A DNA stretch of 64,000 nucleotides, from the NCBI RefSeq assembly GCF_030028105.1, contig NC_092384.1, positions 13,031,027 to 13,095,026 of the forward strand, given 5' to 3'. Made by a program: the position numbers and the translations under genes. Below, one piece after another: positions 1 to 11,454 of this stretch (position 1 is the stretch's first letter; every line of letters starts with the position of its first letter). The notes under the pieces are model-generated. The model saw nothing but the letters and a program-made list of their open reading frames with translations, was not told the DNA's origin and did not search any database. The DNA comes from Mobula birostris. Lineage: Eukaryota.

Positions 1-891
1 TGCCGCCCGGCTCATAAATGTCGGCCCAGATCAGAGGCAATGCAATCGGCAATGTCCTCTGATCTGGGCCAATATTTATGTGCCAGGCAGCACCTAATTA
101 ATTAGCATGTCTATTTCAGCTTTTTTCTTAAAGATGTCTTGGGTGCGTCCCGGCTACCGCTGCATTCTCCGCGGCAATGTATCGGTCCACGGCCCAGAGG
201 TTGGGACCACTGGGGTGTCATCTCATCATCGTCTGTTTCCATCAGGGCAGGCAGGTCAACTTCTTTTATGTCTGCCTGCCTTAATGTCAAAGGTCAAAGT
301 TCGTTGTCTGCTGTGGCTGATGTGGAAGGCTTGAAAAATGACAGTATACTTGACTGCTTAGCCTCGCGCATTTTTCTATCATCTCATGCAGTTGCTTCAC
401 GTTCAGTTCCTGGATGACTTCACTTTCGGTCCGTTTGCTACTGCATTTGGTTTCCATTGTTATCCTTTCCTCTTACAATTGCATCACTCTTCATTTATCA
501 GTTCTTGGTCATGAGATGCCAAAACCTCTTCAACATCATCTTCTCAACTTCCACAAGCCAAACTCACTTTCTCCTTACTTTGTTCACCACGATCAAAAGG
601 CTTAATTATGTCTAGTTTTATGCTAAGTGTTTCACCCATACGAGCTCTTTTAGGCTTTTCCGATACCTTAGAACTCAGCTTGCTAACGGCTGCTCACAGG
701 CACTTGTTTAAGCAATGCCGGTTAGAATGCAGTTCCGGGGGAGGAGCTTGGCTGCACGCTGCCTTTTTCAAGCGCTGCCTTTTCTCGTAACAGTGAAAAC
801 ACCTTATGTTAGCGAAAACAGGTAACTAATGTAGGTCTTTTGTAACAGCGAGGTTTCGTAAAGCGAACATTCAAAAAGTGGGGATCACCTG
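1..891 (-). mobile_element. Tigger/pogo-like DNA transposon remnant (internally deleted; other end outside window)
   Basis: The minus strand begins CAGGTGATCCCCAC next to a TA at 892-893 (TIR-like end at a TA target). Minus-strand translation near 200-400 gives ...LHEMIEK.REAKQSSILSFFKP...DLPALMETDDDE, resembling a pogo/Tigger transposase C-terminus. Confidence 0.6.
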
Positions 892-893
892 TA

Positions 894-1460
894 CTGCATG
901 CATTGAGATATAACACTTAAAGACTACTGCATTTGCTACCCTTTTTGATTCTGTATCCCTAATCCACTGATACTCACCTTGTTGGATGCAATTTTGTCCT
1001 TTCATCTGCCTGCCCTTCCTGACAGTCAGACTGCAGGCAACCTTTACTTTCTTACCATCCGTCCTATCCTGAGGACCTTCACCCCAGTTCCCACCCAACA
1101 AATTAGTGTAAACCCTCCCTGACAGCTCTAAGAAACCTGCCCATGAGAATATTAGTCCCTCTCAGATTCAATGCAACTCATCACTTTTGAACAGGTCATA
1201 CCTCCCCCGGAAGGAATCCTAATGATCCAAGAACCTGAAGCCCTGGCCCCTGTACCAGCTACTCAGCCAAACATTAATATGCCATATCATCCTGTTTCTA
1301 CCCTCAACGGCACTTGGCACAGGCAGCAATCCAGAAGGTACTACCCTGGAGGTCCTGCTTCTCAGCTTTCTACCTCGGTCTCTAATATCTCTTTTCATGA
1401 CCACTTTGCTTTTCCTTCATATGTCATTGGTACCAATACGTACCAAGACACCTGGCAGGT
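894..1460 (-). mobile_element. CR1 LINE fragment (ORF1 esterase end and ORF2 endonuclease start)
   Basis: The minus strand encodes a GTND esterase motif near 1425, WGNWGxF..., and the (L)KCYISMH / VLYLNA start of the APE domain near 900-930. It is homologous to the CR1 pieces at 5571-6290 and 11455-14585. Confidence 0.8.
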
Positions 1461-2649
1461 AAGATCTGTGAAGGTACTGTGACTATGAGAGATGGTATGA
1501 CACAAATTGTGGTAGTGCCAGCAGTAGTGATGAGGTGAACACTAAGGAATATGGTAAAACTCTAATAATTGGTACCTAATTGATCAAAACTCCCAATAGT
1601 AGGGCATCTGTCTCACTGGGGCATTTCTTTCTATATTCTCTTCAAATACACTGCAGTCTCATTTTTCTATGTTCCTCCAAACTCACCAAGGACCTATTTC
1701 CACTTCTCTTTAAAATTCATTATATTTCCTTTTGATTCTCTGGGTCCCATTTCCTACACTCATTTCTAGAACTTGTTGAAAGTCTCAATGAACTGAACTT
1801 GGGGCTCCACAAGAGGATTAGCTCTTGGTTCACAGCAACTCACCTTAGCGCTGAGATATGGTACTCTTTCCTTCTCCTGAGATCATCTGACTAATAAGAA
1901 ACAACATTATATTAACATACATATTAATAAAAAATCAGTTTTAACTATACATGTATCACCAGAACTTTCCCGTCAATGGCTACATTTACCTCCATCAAAT
2001 TGTTAGTTCTAAATATTTATCTGCAATGTTGTTCTCTTAGCTGAGTCAGAAAAGCAATATTCAGAAGTGCATCTCATCACTTCAATTAACAGTTACTTAA
2101 GGCTAAACGGCATGAAGACTGGCTGTGCTTTAAGCTCTCCTGCTTCAAGCTCTCCCATTTGCTTTGAATAAACTAACAAAAACTTCTCAATAATATTTAA
2201 AAATGTTCTCAACCTGCTATCTTTATTAAGAAACTAAAAATGCCAGCAACCACTGTAATTGTAAAGTATATGACCTGTCCCACATCACAACAAATTGCAC
2301 ACCTCATCCTATGTTTCACTTTCTGTTCATTACTTCAGCTAGTATCATTTCACCACTTTGTACAAGATTCTTTTTCTGACAGTGTGACAGTGACACTATA
2401 AAAGTGGTCATTCGGCTGCAAAATGTTTTGTATATGAAAATTAATTAATTCTATCATTTATCACTACAAGTGTCTTTTGTACAGTGGTTGCCTTGTGAAC
2501 ATTATGTCACTAGTCCATTCGCTAATGAAATAATCTTGCAATCTGCACCATTCTTAAGTATCCATTGCACCATGACACCCAAGCTATGAAATCAGTAGGT
2601 AGCTCCTCAGCACTATTTCATTCCTGTACAGACAGCAAAATGCCTTGAT

Positions 2650-4147
2650 CTTTTGGTGTATCAATATGCCAGGAGGCACTGCGCCGTATAAACAAGGGAA
2701 TTATCTACCAGGTGGTGTGACTTGGGCCAGAGGTGAGGCAGCAACCGGCTTGAGCTGGAAAAGAAGGAACACTGGCTGGTCTTCAGGGATGCTGCTAAAC
2801 AATCTTTACGACACCTTGTCGACAGACTTTTCACTACAAACGGTCCCAAGTAGCCCAGTGCCAATTTGCCGCTCTCGACTTTCAGAAGTCCTCCTCTCCT
2901 GGCTTGAATGGCCTTACCTCTCGACGGAGCCAATCAGCCTGCTGGGAATGCTGTTTCTGGACCCACAGCAGAGAAGCCCCGGCTGGTCTGGAGATGCGCT
3001 TGTAGCGCTGGATCAGCTATTCAACAGCCGGAACTGCTACATAAATCTCCTGATGAAGGAAGAGAGGGGGCTGAAATCCCTTCTAGCATTCAAAGGGAGA
3101 CATACCAGTGGAAGACGACTGAATGTTATTGTGGGCGATCTCTGCCCAAACCAGTTGGGAGCTCCAGGATACAGGGTTGCCTCCACCTCCCGTTCACTCT
3201 TTCGGTCTGACCATTGCATTAGGCGTGGAAACCAGACAAGAGGCTGGCCGTGGCTCCTACAAGAGAGTAGAAAGCCTTCTAAAAGCGGGAAGTGAACTGT
3301 GATCCACGATCAGACACTATGTTTTGAGGAAAGCCATGGAGCTTGCTCACATGTTGAACCATAAGATGGGAGCTTGGGGAGGACAATGAAGTGTGCAGCC
3401 TTGGAAAATCGATCCACATCGACCAAAATTGTGGCTTTTCCATTAGACGGGGACAGCCCGATGATGAATTCCACTGAAAGCTGGAACCAGGGGCGGTGGG
3501 GCAAAGGCAGTGGACACAAGAGACCCACAGGACGCTGGCGTGATGTCTTGCTGCGAGCGCAGGTGGAACAGGCAGATACAAAGTCGTGGACATCCTGGGA
3601 CATAGATGGCCACCAGAATTGACTCTTTAAAAACTCCTGGGTCCATTGAATTCCCGATTGTCCAACTAGATGGGAAGAGTGACCCCATTCCAACACTTTG
3701 GAATGCACCACAGCAGGAACAAACAGCCAATTGGGAGGTCCCTCATCTGGGCTTGGGGGCAACTGTTGGGCGGCCCTCGCCTCTGTCTCTATTCTCCAGA
3801 TCACCAGAGCAGCAATACATGAGCGAGGAGGAATGGGTGTGGATCGGCATTGACCTCAGATCCAACGAACAGCCAGGTGAGCGCGTTGGTCTTTGTATTC
3901 TTGCTGCCAGGACGATGGGCGAGGATGAAATTGAACCGTGTGGAGTAGAGGGTTGAGTCTCTTTGCATCCTGAATGTAGGAGAGGTTCTGGTGATCTGTC
4001 CAGACCAAGAATGGATATTCTGCCCCCACCAGCCTGCGTCGCTATTCCTCCAGGGCTTCCTTGACGGCCAGAAGTTCCCGGTTCCAAACATCGTAATTCC
4101 TCTCGGCCGGAGTCAAGCAACGGGAAAGAAAGGCACAAGAGTGCAGC
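2650..4147 (-). mobile_element. Ty3/Gypsy (sushi/chromovirus-like) pol remnant: RNase H, integrase, start of chromodomain region
   Basis: Minus frames: [21 protein letters not shown] (RNase H); [17 protein letters not shown]; HHCC-type zinc finger ...EWGHSSH...WWPSMSQDVHDFVSACSTCARSK; integrase core VDRFSKAAHF and IVSDRGSQFTSRF; LKVESGKLA.GYLGPF. Frameshifted. Confidence 0.9.
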
Positions 4148-4490
4148 TGTTGCAAGGACGAGGCTAAGGACGAACCGAAGTGTAGGACACAGGTGCGGAA
4201 GTAGAGTCATGAGGTGTTAGTACCGACGCGAACGGGGAACCAGTATCCAGGAGTATCTTTACATGGAGACAAGGTTCACGGAGAGTATCTAGGAAATGAT
4301 GCAGAGCTTAGAACTGACAGTTCCAAGGAATCAGGAAACGAGTTTTACTCACACTAGAGTCGACTAACGAATTGGCAAAGCATGCTCTGCCGCCTGAGTT
4401 TTGTCCTATGTTCGCTAATGGGAACCAGGTGTGCTGTAATTAGTGGAACTGGGAATGATTGGAAATCAGACGAGGGGATTAAGGCCCAAT
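4148..4490 (-). mobile_element. LTR of the Gypsy element
   Basis: On the minus strand it ends ...CCTTGCAACA and contains a CACACCTGGTTCCC motif typical of fish Gypsy LTRs. It is non-coding and directly abuts pol. The outer boundary is approximate. Confidence 0.55.
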
Positions 4491-4504
4491 CAAAGAGGTT
4501 CGGA

Positions 4505-6290
4505 TCCTATGGCACAATTTTCTTCTGATTTGATGCCATTTTTTTACCAGTAAATCCATGCCACTCTCTCTCTCTGCTTGCCTTCCTAGCCCTCTCATAC
4601 AAGGTGTAACTTTGGACATTCCACTCCAGACTGCAACCATCCTTCAGCTATGATTCAGTGATGGCCACAGCATCATACCTGGCAATCTGTATTGAATTGA
4701 ATTGACTTTATTTCTTACATCCTTCACATACACGAGGAATAAAAATCTTTACGTTACGTCTCTGTCTAAATGTGCAATGTGCAATCATAGTAATTTATAA
4801 TAATTTATAATAAATAGAACCATCAGTGTAACATAGAAATACACTCAAATCAGCGTGAGTTAATCAGTCTGATGGCCTGGAAGAAGGAGCTGTCCCGGAG
4901 CCTGTTGGTCCTGGCTTTTATGCTGTAGTACTGTTTCCCAGATGGTACCAACTGGAATAGACTGTGCTTGGAGTGACTCGGGTCTCCAATGATATTTCGG
5001 GCCCTTTTTTCACACCTATGTTTGTAAATGTCCTGAATCATGGGAAGTTCACAACTACAGATGCGCTGGGCTGTCCGCATCACTCTCTGCAGAATCCTGC
5101 GATTAAAGGAGGTCCCGTTCCCATACCAGGAAGTGATGCAGCCAGTCCGGATGCTCTCAATTCTGCCCCTGTAGAAAGTTCTCAGGATTTGGGGACCCAT
5201 ACCAAACTTCCTCAACCGTCTGAGGTGAACGAGGCACTGGTGTGCCTTTTTCACCACACAGCTGGTGTGTACAGGTGACGTGAGGTCCTCGGTGATGTGG
5301 ATGCTGAGGAACTTAAAGCTGTTTACCCTATCAACCCCATTGATGTCAATAGGGGTTGGCCCGTCTCTATCCTCCTGTAATCCATAACTAGCTCCTTTGT
5401 TTCTATGACGTTGTTTTCTTGACGCAGCTGTTTGAGATAAGGCCAATCAATGTAGTATCGTCGGCAAATTTAATTAGCAGATTAGAGCTGTGGGTGGCGA
5501 CACAGTCATGGGTAAACAGGGAGGGAAGGAGGCGACTTAGTACACAGCTCTGAGGGGCTACTGTGTTGAGTGCAACAAAATCGTCCACCTTATTTCTTAT
5601 ACTCTGTCTATTGAGATATAACACTTTGATTACTGTATTCACTACCCTTTTTGATTCTGTATCCCTAATGTACTGATAATCACCCTGCTGACTGCAATTT
5701 TGTCCTATCATCTGCTTGCCCTACCCTAGAGTCTGACTGCAAGCTTTCTTTGCTTTTTTACAAACCGACCTATCCTGAGCCACTTCACTTCGGTTCCCAC
5801 ACCACCACCACCCCCTCGCAAATTAGTTTAAACAACCCCGAGCAGCTCTCACAAACCTGCCTGTGAGAATATTGTACCCCCTTGGGCTCAGGTGCAATCA
5901 GGCACTTTTCTACATGCCATACCTCAAAAAGAGATCCCCATGATACAAGAACGTTAATCCCTGTCCCCTGCACCAGCTTTTAGCTATGTACTTATCTGCC
6001 AAATCATCCTATTTCTACTGTCCTGGCTCGTGGCATAGGCAACAATACAGCAATTACTACCCCAGAGGTCCTGCTTCTCAGCTTTCTGCCTAGCTCCCTA
6101 AATTCTCTCTTCAGGACCTCTTTGCTTTTCCTTCCTGTGGTCATTGGTACCAATATATTCCAGGAATCTGGCTCCTCCCTTCCCCCACCTCCAAAATGCC
6201 ATGGACGCGACCCGAGACCTCATTGATCCTGGCATCTGGGAGGCAACATACCGATTGTGTGTCCCGAAATCTCCGCCTCTTCCTACAAAA
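4505..6290 (-). mobile_element. CR1 LINE fragment (ORF1 esterase to APE), split by a Rex1 insertion
   Basis: Minus strand: VCCLPDARI..., IGTND, VIKVLYLN..SIRNKVDDFVA (5571-5630). The same APE frame resumes after the insertion as QIARYDAVAITES (4690-4640). Confidence 0.85.
4691..5570 (-). mobile_element. Rex1/Babar LINE, 5'-truncated, nested in CR1
   Basis: RT motif KFADDTTLIGLI and C-terminal KKAHQCLVHLRRLRKFG...ESI.TGCITSWYGN...RLRDSSF.QAIRL (ORF 4850-5446). The 3' tail is AATAAAG(TCAAT)n at 4691-4715. Confidence 0.9.
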
Positions 6291-7309
6291 TCGCGCTCAT
6301 TGGAATTTGCTTTTTGTTTAACTGTTTAGATACAACACTTTATATTATTTCAAAACCCCATCGATTGCATTTGATAATGTTAAACTGCTGTGTACATCAA
6401 AGGTGATGCTGTACGTGTTTCTGTGATTCACATCAATGTTTAAATGTATGAAAGTGCATTTGTCCGTGTCTGCGAGTTTGTCTCCTTTATGGTTTATTAG
6501 GTTTCATTTTAAATACATTCTATTTTGATCCATTCTGATGGAGGAATGCGTCTTCTCGTGCCAAATATTTTAGGTTTCTGTTTATAATTCGAAATTACTA
6601 TTGCTCAAATGCGCATTTTTTCAACTTTTTTTTAAACTAATGATTTTACTACCAACTCATTTGTAGTTCGATCCAATAAAGACACAAGGTGACGAGAATA
6701 TCGCCGCAAATCTGCTGATGACGTCATGGAAATATTCTGTGTTAAAGGCTGCAGCCTGTTCGGCGTTTAAATGAATTGCTAAGATGTAACTTAAGCGATG
6801 TGTTTGAAATCCTGATCCTCATAATTCAATAAGATACTAAAAGGAATTATCTTGATACAGGTTAAATACCACTTTTAACTTCCTTAATCTTGCCTAGTTC
6901 AATCTATCAAGTAAGAGTCATTATAAAATCCAGATTATGATTTGATAGCTCTTTTATGCTGTCTTTGATTGACTAAAGAATGCGGTTACTTTAACCTGAG
7001 AGAAACATGAGTGCCTTTAGACATTTTGTCACATTTATATCATAACAGTAGAATGGGTTGGATTAGTCAATTTGTGATACAGTACTTCATATCAGGACAA
7101 TAAATGCAGGAAAAAATGTGCTCATGTTCCATTGCGTATTTCAAATTCCTGGACCTATGAACTCATTGATATTCCTGGACCTATGAATTTTACAGTTTTA
7201 CGTGCTCTCAATACAGACTTCCAATAAAAGTTGACAAAATTCAACGTAAATATCTATTAACACAAATGAGTGCATTGAGTATTCGAGATAATCTGTTCCT
7301 CTGGATGGG

Positions 7310-7405
7310 GAGCACATATGAAATGCTGGAGGATCTCAGCATGTCAGGCAGCATCCATAGAGGTAAATAAAGAGTCAACGTTTCGGGCCAATACCCCTCA
7401 TCAAG
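7310..7405. repeat. Penelope-type terminal-repeat remnant with degenerate minimal hammerhead motif
   Basis: AAATGCTGGAGGATCTCAGC...GCAGCATC family sequence. The minus strand reads TTGATGA-G-GGG-TATTGG-CCC-GAAA-CGTT. Confidence 0.55.
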
Positions 7406-7837
7406 CCCCTCATCTCTCCTGGATCGTTTAGACATTATGAGTAGAAAGCAGGTTGTAAGGAGTATGTACTAAAAATAGAAAGAAATAGTAAATTTCAGGC
7501 CTAGGGAGTTTCCTCTTCAACCGACTCGTTTTAGTGCATTTACAAATGCTTAGATAAGTTCATGCACTTCAGATTTCAGCCAATATCGGAACATCAGTTT
7601 AGCAATGACAGTAAGTACTAGGAGGAGGAGGCGAGTAAGATGCTGCATATGTTGCAAGTCAAGAAAAACATAGGAAATTCTGAAAATCCTCTACGCATCA
7701 GAGAACATGTGTGCTGACTGAAGCGTATTTAGAGATAGAGGTAGATGACCTGAAGAAAGATGATGGCCCTTCAGTTTCTTTTTGCACGATATTATCTGAC
7801 CTACAGAGTACAGTATTTCCAGTGTCTTTTATGTTAT

Positions 7838-8260
7838 TGTAGTATCAAAGAATTGTACAGCACAGAAAGGTTGTTGAACATGATGCTTATCCATACTAAT
7901 CCCATTTGACTGAATTTGGCCCCAAATGAATTGCAAAGACTGCAAATGTGTCTCCCTCTACCATTGCCTCTGACAACAAGTTCCAGGTAATCACCATACT
8001 TTGAGAAACAAACCTCTCAGATTTAATTTAAGTGTCGCTACTCTCACATTACACTTGTGTTCTCTAGTTCTAGACTCACATGCTTTGCCAAAAGGACTCT
8101 GATGATTTATGTTATTTATGTTCTTAATACATGTATAAAGATCTGTATGTTCAGCCCTCAGATTCTAATGTTCAGAAGGAATACGCTACACTATCCAAGC
8201 CTTCCTTAGGACAGGTGCCATGGATACCAGCATGGATTTTGCGGTCACTGGCAATCCAAT
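7838..8260 (-). mobile_element. Highly decayed CR1 3' fragment
   Basis: Similar to the minus-strand CR1 3' ends at 8421 and 33046 (GTACAGCACAGAAA, CAAGTTCCAGG, GTTCTCTAGTTCTAGAC). Confidence 0.45.
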
Positions 8261-8420
8261 AGCGCTTGATCCTAACTTCGATTTAAACAAAAACATAAAC
8301 TAAGGAAATGTAATAAATCTTGTTAAAAACACAGGTAAAATTCCCACTGGTTAGGATATATTTTTTTAAAAGTCTGCCATCATAAAAGTGGAGACCAGAA
8401 TAATATCATATGCAAAATTT

Positions 8421-10370
8421 AGAATCATGGCATCATATAGAACTACAGCCCAGAAAGAGACTTTGGCCCATCTAGTCCGTGCCGAACTATTATTATGCCC
8501 AGTTCCATTATCCTGCACGTAGACCAAGCCCTCCATACCTCTCCCATCCATGTACTTATACAAACTTATCTTAAATGTTGAAATCGAATCTGCATTCATC
8601 ATTTCTGCTGGCAGCTCGCTCCACACTCTCACCACTTGAGTGAAGAAGTTCCTCCTTATGTTGCCATTAAACATTTTATCCTACACCCTTAACACATAAG
8701 CTCTCATTTTCATATCACCCAATCTTAAAGGAAAGAACTGCTTGCATTTACCCTATCTATCTGCACATAATACTCCAGATTATGTCTCACCATCCATCCT
8801 TTACCACTTCATCAAAACATTTGAATTTCTGTACTCAATATTTTGATTTATGAAGGTCAATATGCCAGAAACACACTTTGCAACCTTATGTATCTGTGAT
8901 GCCACTTCCAATGAATTTTAAATCTGTATTCCCAGACCCCTCTCTTCCACAGCACTCCTCAGCGCCCTACCATTCACTGAGAAAGTTCTACCCTGGTTTC
9001 TCTACCCAGTGTGTAAATCTCACACCTGTATGCATTAAATTCCATCTGCCATTTTCAGCCCATTCTTCCAGTCAGTCGACATCCACTGCAAGTTTTGATA
9101 ATACCGTTCCTTGCTGTTCACTGCTTTTAATGTCATCCACAAATTTATTACATTATCATCCAATAAACAATACAAACAATAAACAAGACAGACAATAACA
9201 GGCCCAATACCGATTCCCGTGGTACCTCACCAGTTACCTTTAGTTGGATAAGCAACCATCTACAATCACTCTCTGGCTTCTCGTATGAAGCCAATGTCTA
9301 AGCCAATTTACTACCCTATCTTGAATGTTGAGCAACTGAAACTTTCTGACCTAACTCCCATGCAGGACCTTATCAAAAGGCATGCTGAATTCCATGTAGA
9401 CAACATCCACTGCCTTTTGTTCATCAACTTTCCTGGTAACCTCTTAGAACAACTCTATGATTGGTCAGATGCAACCGACTGTGCACAAAGCCATGTTCCT
9501 AATACTCCCCTTAATCAGTCCCTGTCTATTCAAATACAGTATTTACATCCAGTAGCCACTTTATTATGTACACCTGTATTCGTTCTCGTTAATGCAAGTA
9601 TCTAATCAGCTAATCATGTGGCAGCAGCTCAATACATAAAGTAAAGAGCTTCAGTTGCTGTTCAGACCGAACATCAGAATGGAGCAGAGATGTGATCTGA
9701 GTGACTTTGATCGTGACTTGATTGCTGGTGCTAGGCGGGGTGGTTTGACTATTGCAGAAATTGCTGCTCTCCTAGGATTTTCAGCACAACAGTCTCTAGA
9801 GTTCACAAAAAATGGTGCAAAAAACAAAACAAAAAATATCCAGGGAGCGGCAGTTCTGTGGGCGAAAGCACCTTTGTTAATGAGAAAGGTCAAAGGAGAA
9901 TGGCCAGACGGGTCCAAGCTGATTGGAAGGCGTCAGTAATTTCAAATAACCATGTGTTACAACAGCAGTGTGTAGAAGAGCATCTCCAATCGCGTAACAC
10001 GTTGAACCTTGAAGAGGAAGCGATACAGCAGCAGAAGAGCACAAACATACACTCAGTGGCAATCCTATTAGGTACATGCAGGTACTTTTAAGGTATCCAC
10101 AGAGTGTATATAACCGGTTCCCTGAAATAGCTTTCGTCAACTTACCCAGTACTGGTGTCAAGCTCATCAGCCTATAATTTTCCCTATATTCTTTCAGTTT
10201 TTCTTAACCAAAAGAATGATATTAGCTATCCGCAAATCCTCCGGCATTTCACCGCGGTGAAGGATGCTTTAAGTATCTCTGCTAAAGACTGCAATTTCTG
10301 CACTAGCCTCCCAGAAGATTCAAGGGGGCTTCTTGTCAGATCCTGCGCGTTTCTCCACTCTAATTATGTT
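8421..10370 (-). mobile_element. CR1 LINE 3' part (RT fragments and 3' UTR), interrupted by a Tc1-like element
   Basis: ORF 8366-8674 contains RRNFFTQ.VRVWSELP...STFK..L..YMD (CR1 ORF2 C-terminus). VDVVYMEFSMPFDKV-like RT sequence lies near 9370-9410 and NYRLMSLTPVLGKL near 10140-10180. Confidence 0.8.
9546..10106 (+). mobile_element. Non-autonomous Tc1/mariner-like element with transposase N-terminal HTH remnant
   Basis: Flanked by TA (9544-9545 and 10107-10108). TIR-like CAGTAGCCACTTTATTATGTAC at the left end and its degenerate reverse complement at the right. ORF 9655-9939 has DLSDFDRDLIAGARRGGLTIAEIAALLGFS (Tc1 HTH-like). Confidence 0.8.
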
Positions 10371-11454
10371 TTTTGACACTGAAATAAATTTAAATCAGAC
10401 TACCATTAGAGAATGAAAGACAAATGCTGAATTAACATCTTATATTAAAAAATCACCGCTTAAGGCTTCCATGTCTGTTCCTTTCATTCAAGCGCTCGCT
10501 GAAAATATTTTGCATCTGCAAAAAATTGGTGAGATTTTTTTTCTTGATAAGATCAAAGTGTGGAACAATATGTCCAAAGTCCTGGTCCTGAGAATTCCCC
10601 TGTGATAAGTCCAATATTAAATCATAAACTGGATATGAGGAAAACCACTCCAATGACTTTTGAATTTCTGTGACGGCATACTAATACAGAAAATCCCAAG
10701 GTTTTCGACCATTATAAGGATTATTGTTCTGAGTAAAGGGATTTTGAAAATGAGAACCTCAAATGCAACAATGTATGGCCTATTGGGGAGCAGTATTCCA
10801 ATTCTCCTGGTCTCTTCTTAGGTTTGGTTTGCCAGTATTCCCAGACAGATACCACCAGTGGTGTTCCAGTGAAATCCTCCAAGTCAACAGGTAAGATTAG
10901 AATAACTGCTTGGGTTGTTTTTATTTTCTGTCTGCTATGCCACCATTCATGGCATCGAAGCCCCATTACACTCAGTTGGTTCCAATGAATAGGCCGAATT
11001 GTTAGTATCTCCGATCCCAAACTTTGGAATGAAGCACTCATCCGAGCACTTTCAGAGCAAGTGAATACAAGGTGAATAGAGCAAACAGTCAAGAAAGTCC
11101 TCAAACTGTCACTGAAATCTTTACCAGGAAATCTCTCATTCCTAGTTGCCCAGAATGGAACAGAAGGATGCGGGGTGACAATGAGACATTCACTGTCATT
11201 TAAGAGAACAGAAGTCTTCCAAACTTGCAGCAGTATATCCTAAACGGACAGGAATGCTTGGAATGGATCTTGAGATCCGAACGTTCTTGTTTATGATAGT
11301 GTAGGCACGGAACCAAATCCCTCCAAGTCCCAACTCAAAGATTTCATCATATTGATGAAGGCAGAGCAGTAGACGGTTATTCGTTCGCGGTTTGATCAAG
11401 GCATGACTGCACGACTGTGGACATCAGCCAGTTAGAGCAGTGAGAAGACTTTAA

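Noticed and set aside
2645-3295. 216-aa plus-strand ORF
   Set aside because: It is antisense to Gypsy integrase and has no independent motif.
7145-7187. 17-bp direct repeat ATTCCTGGACCTATGAA
   Set aside because: A simple local tandem duplication (period 26) with nothing between the copies resembling an insertion.
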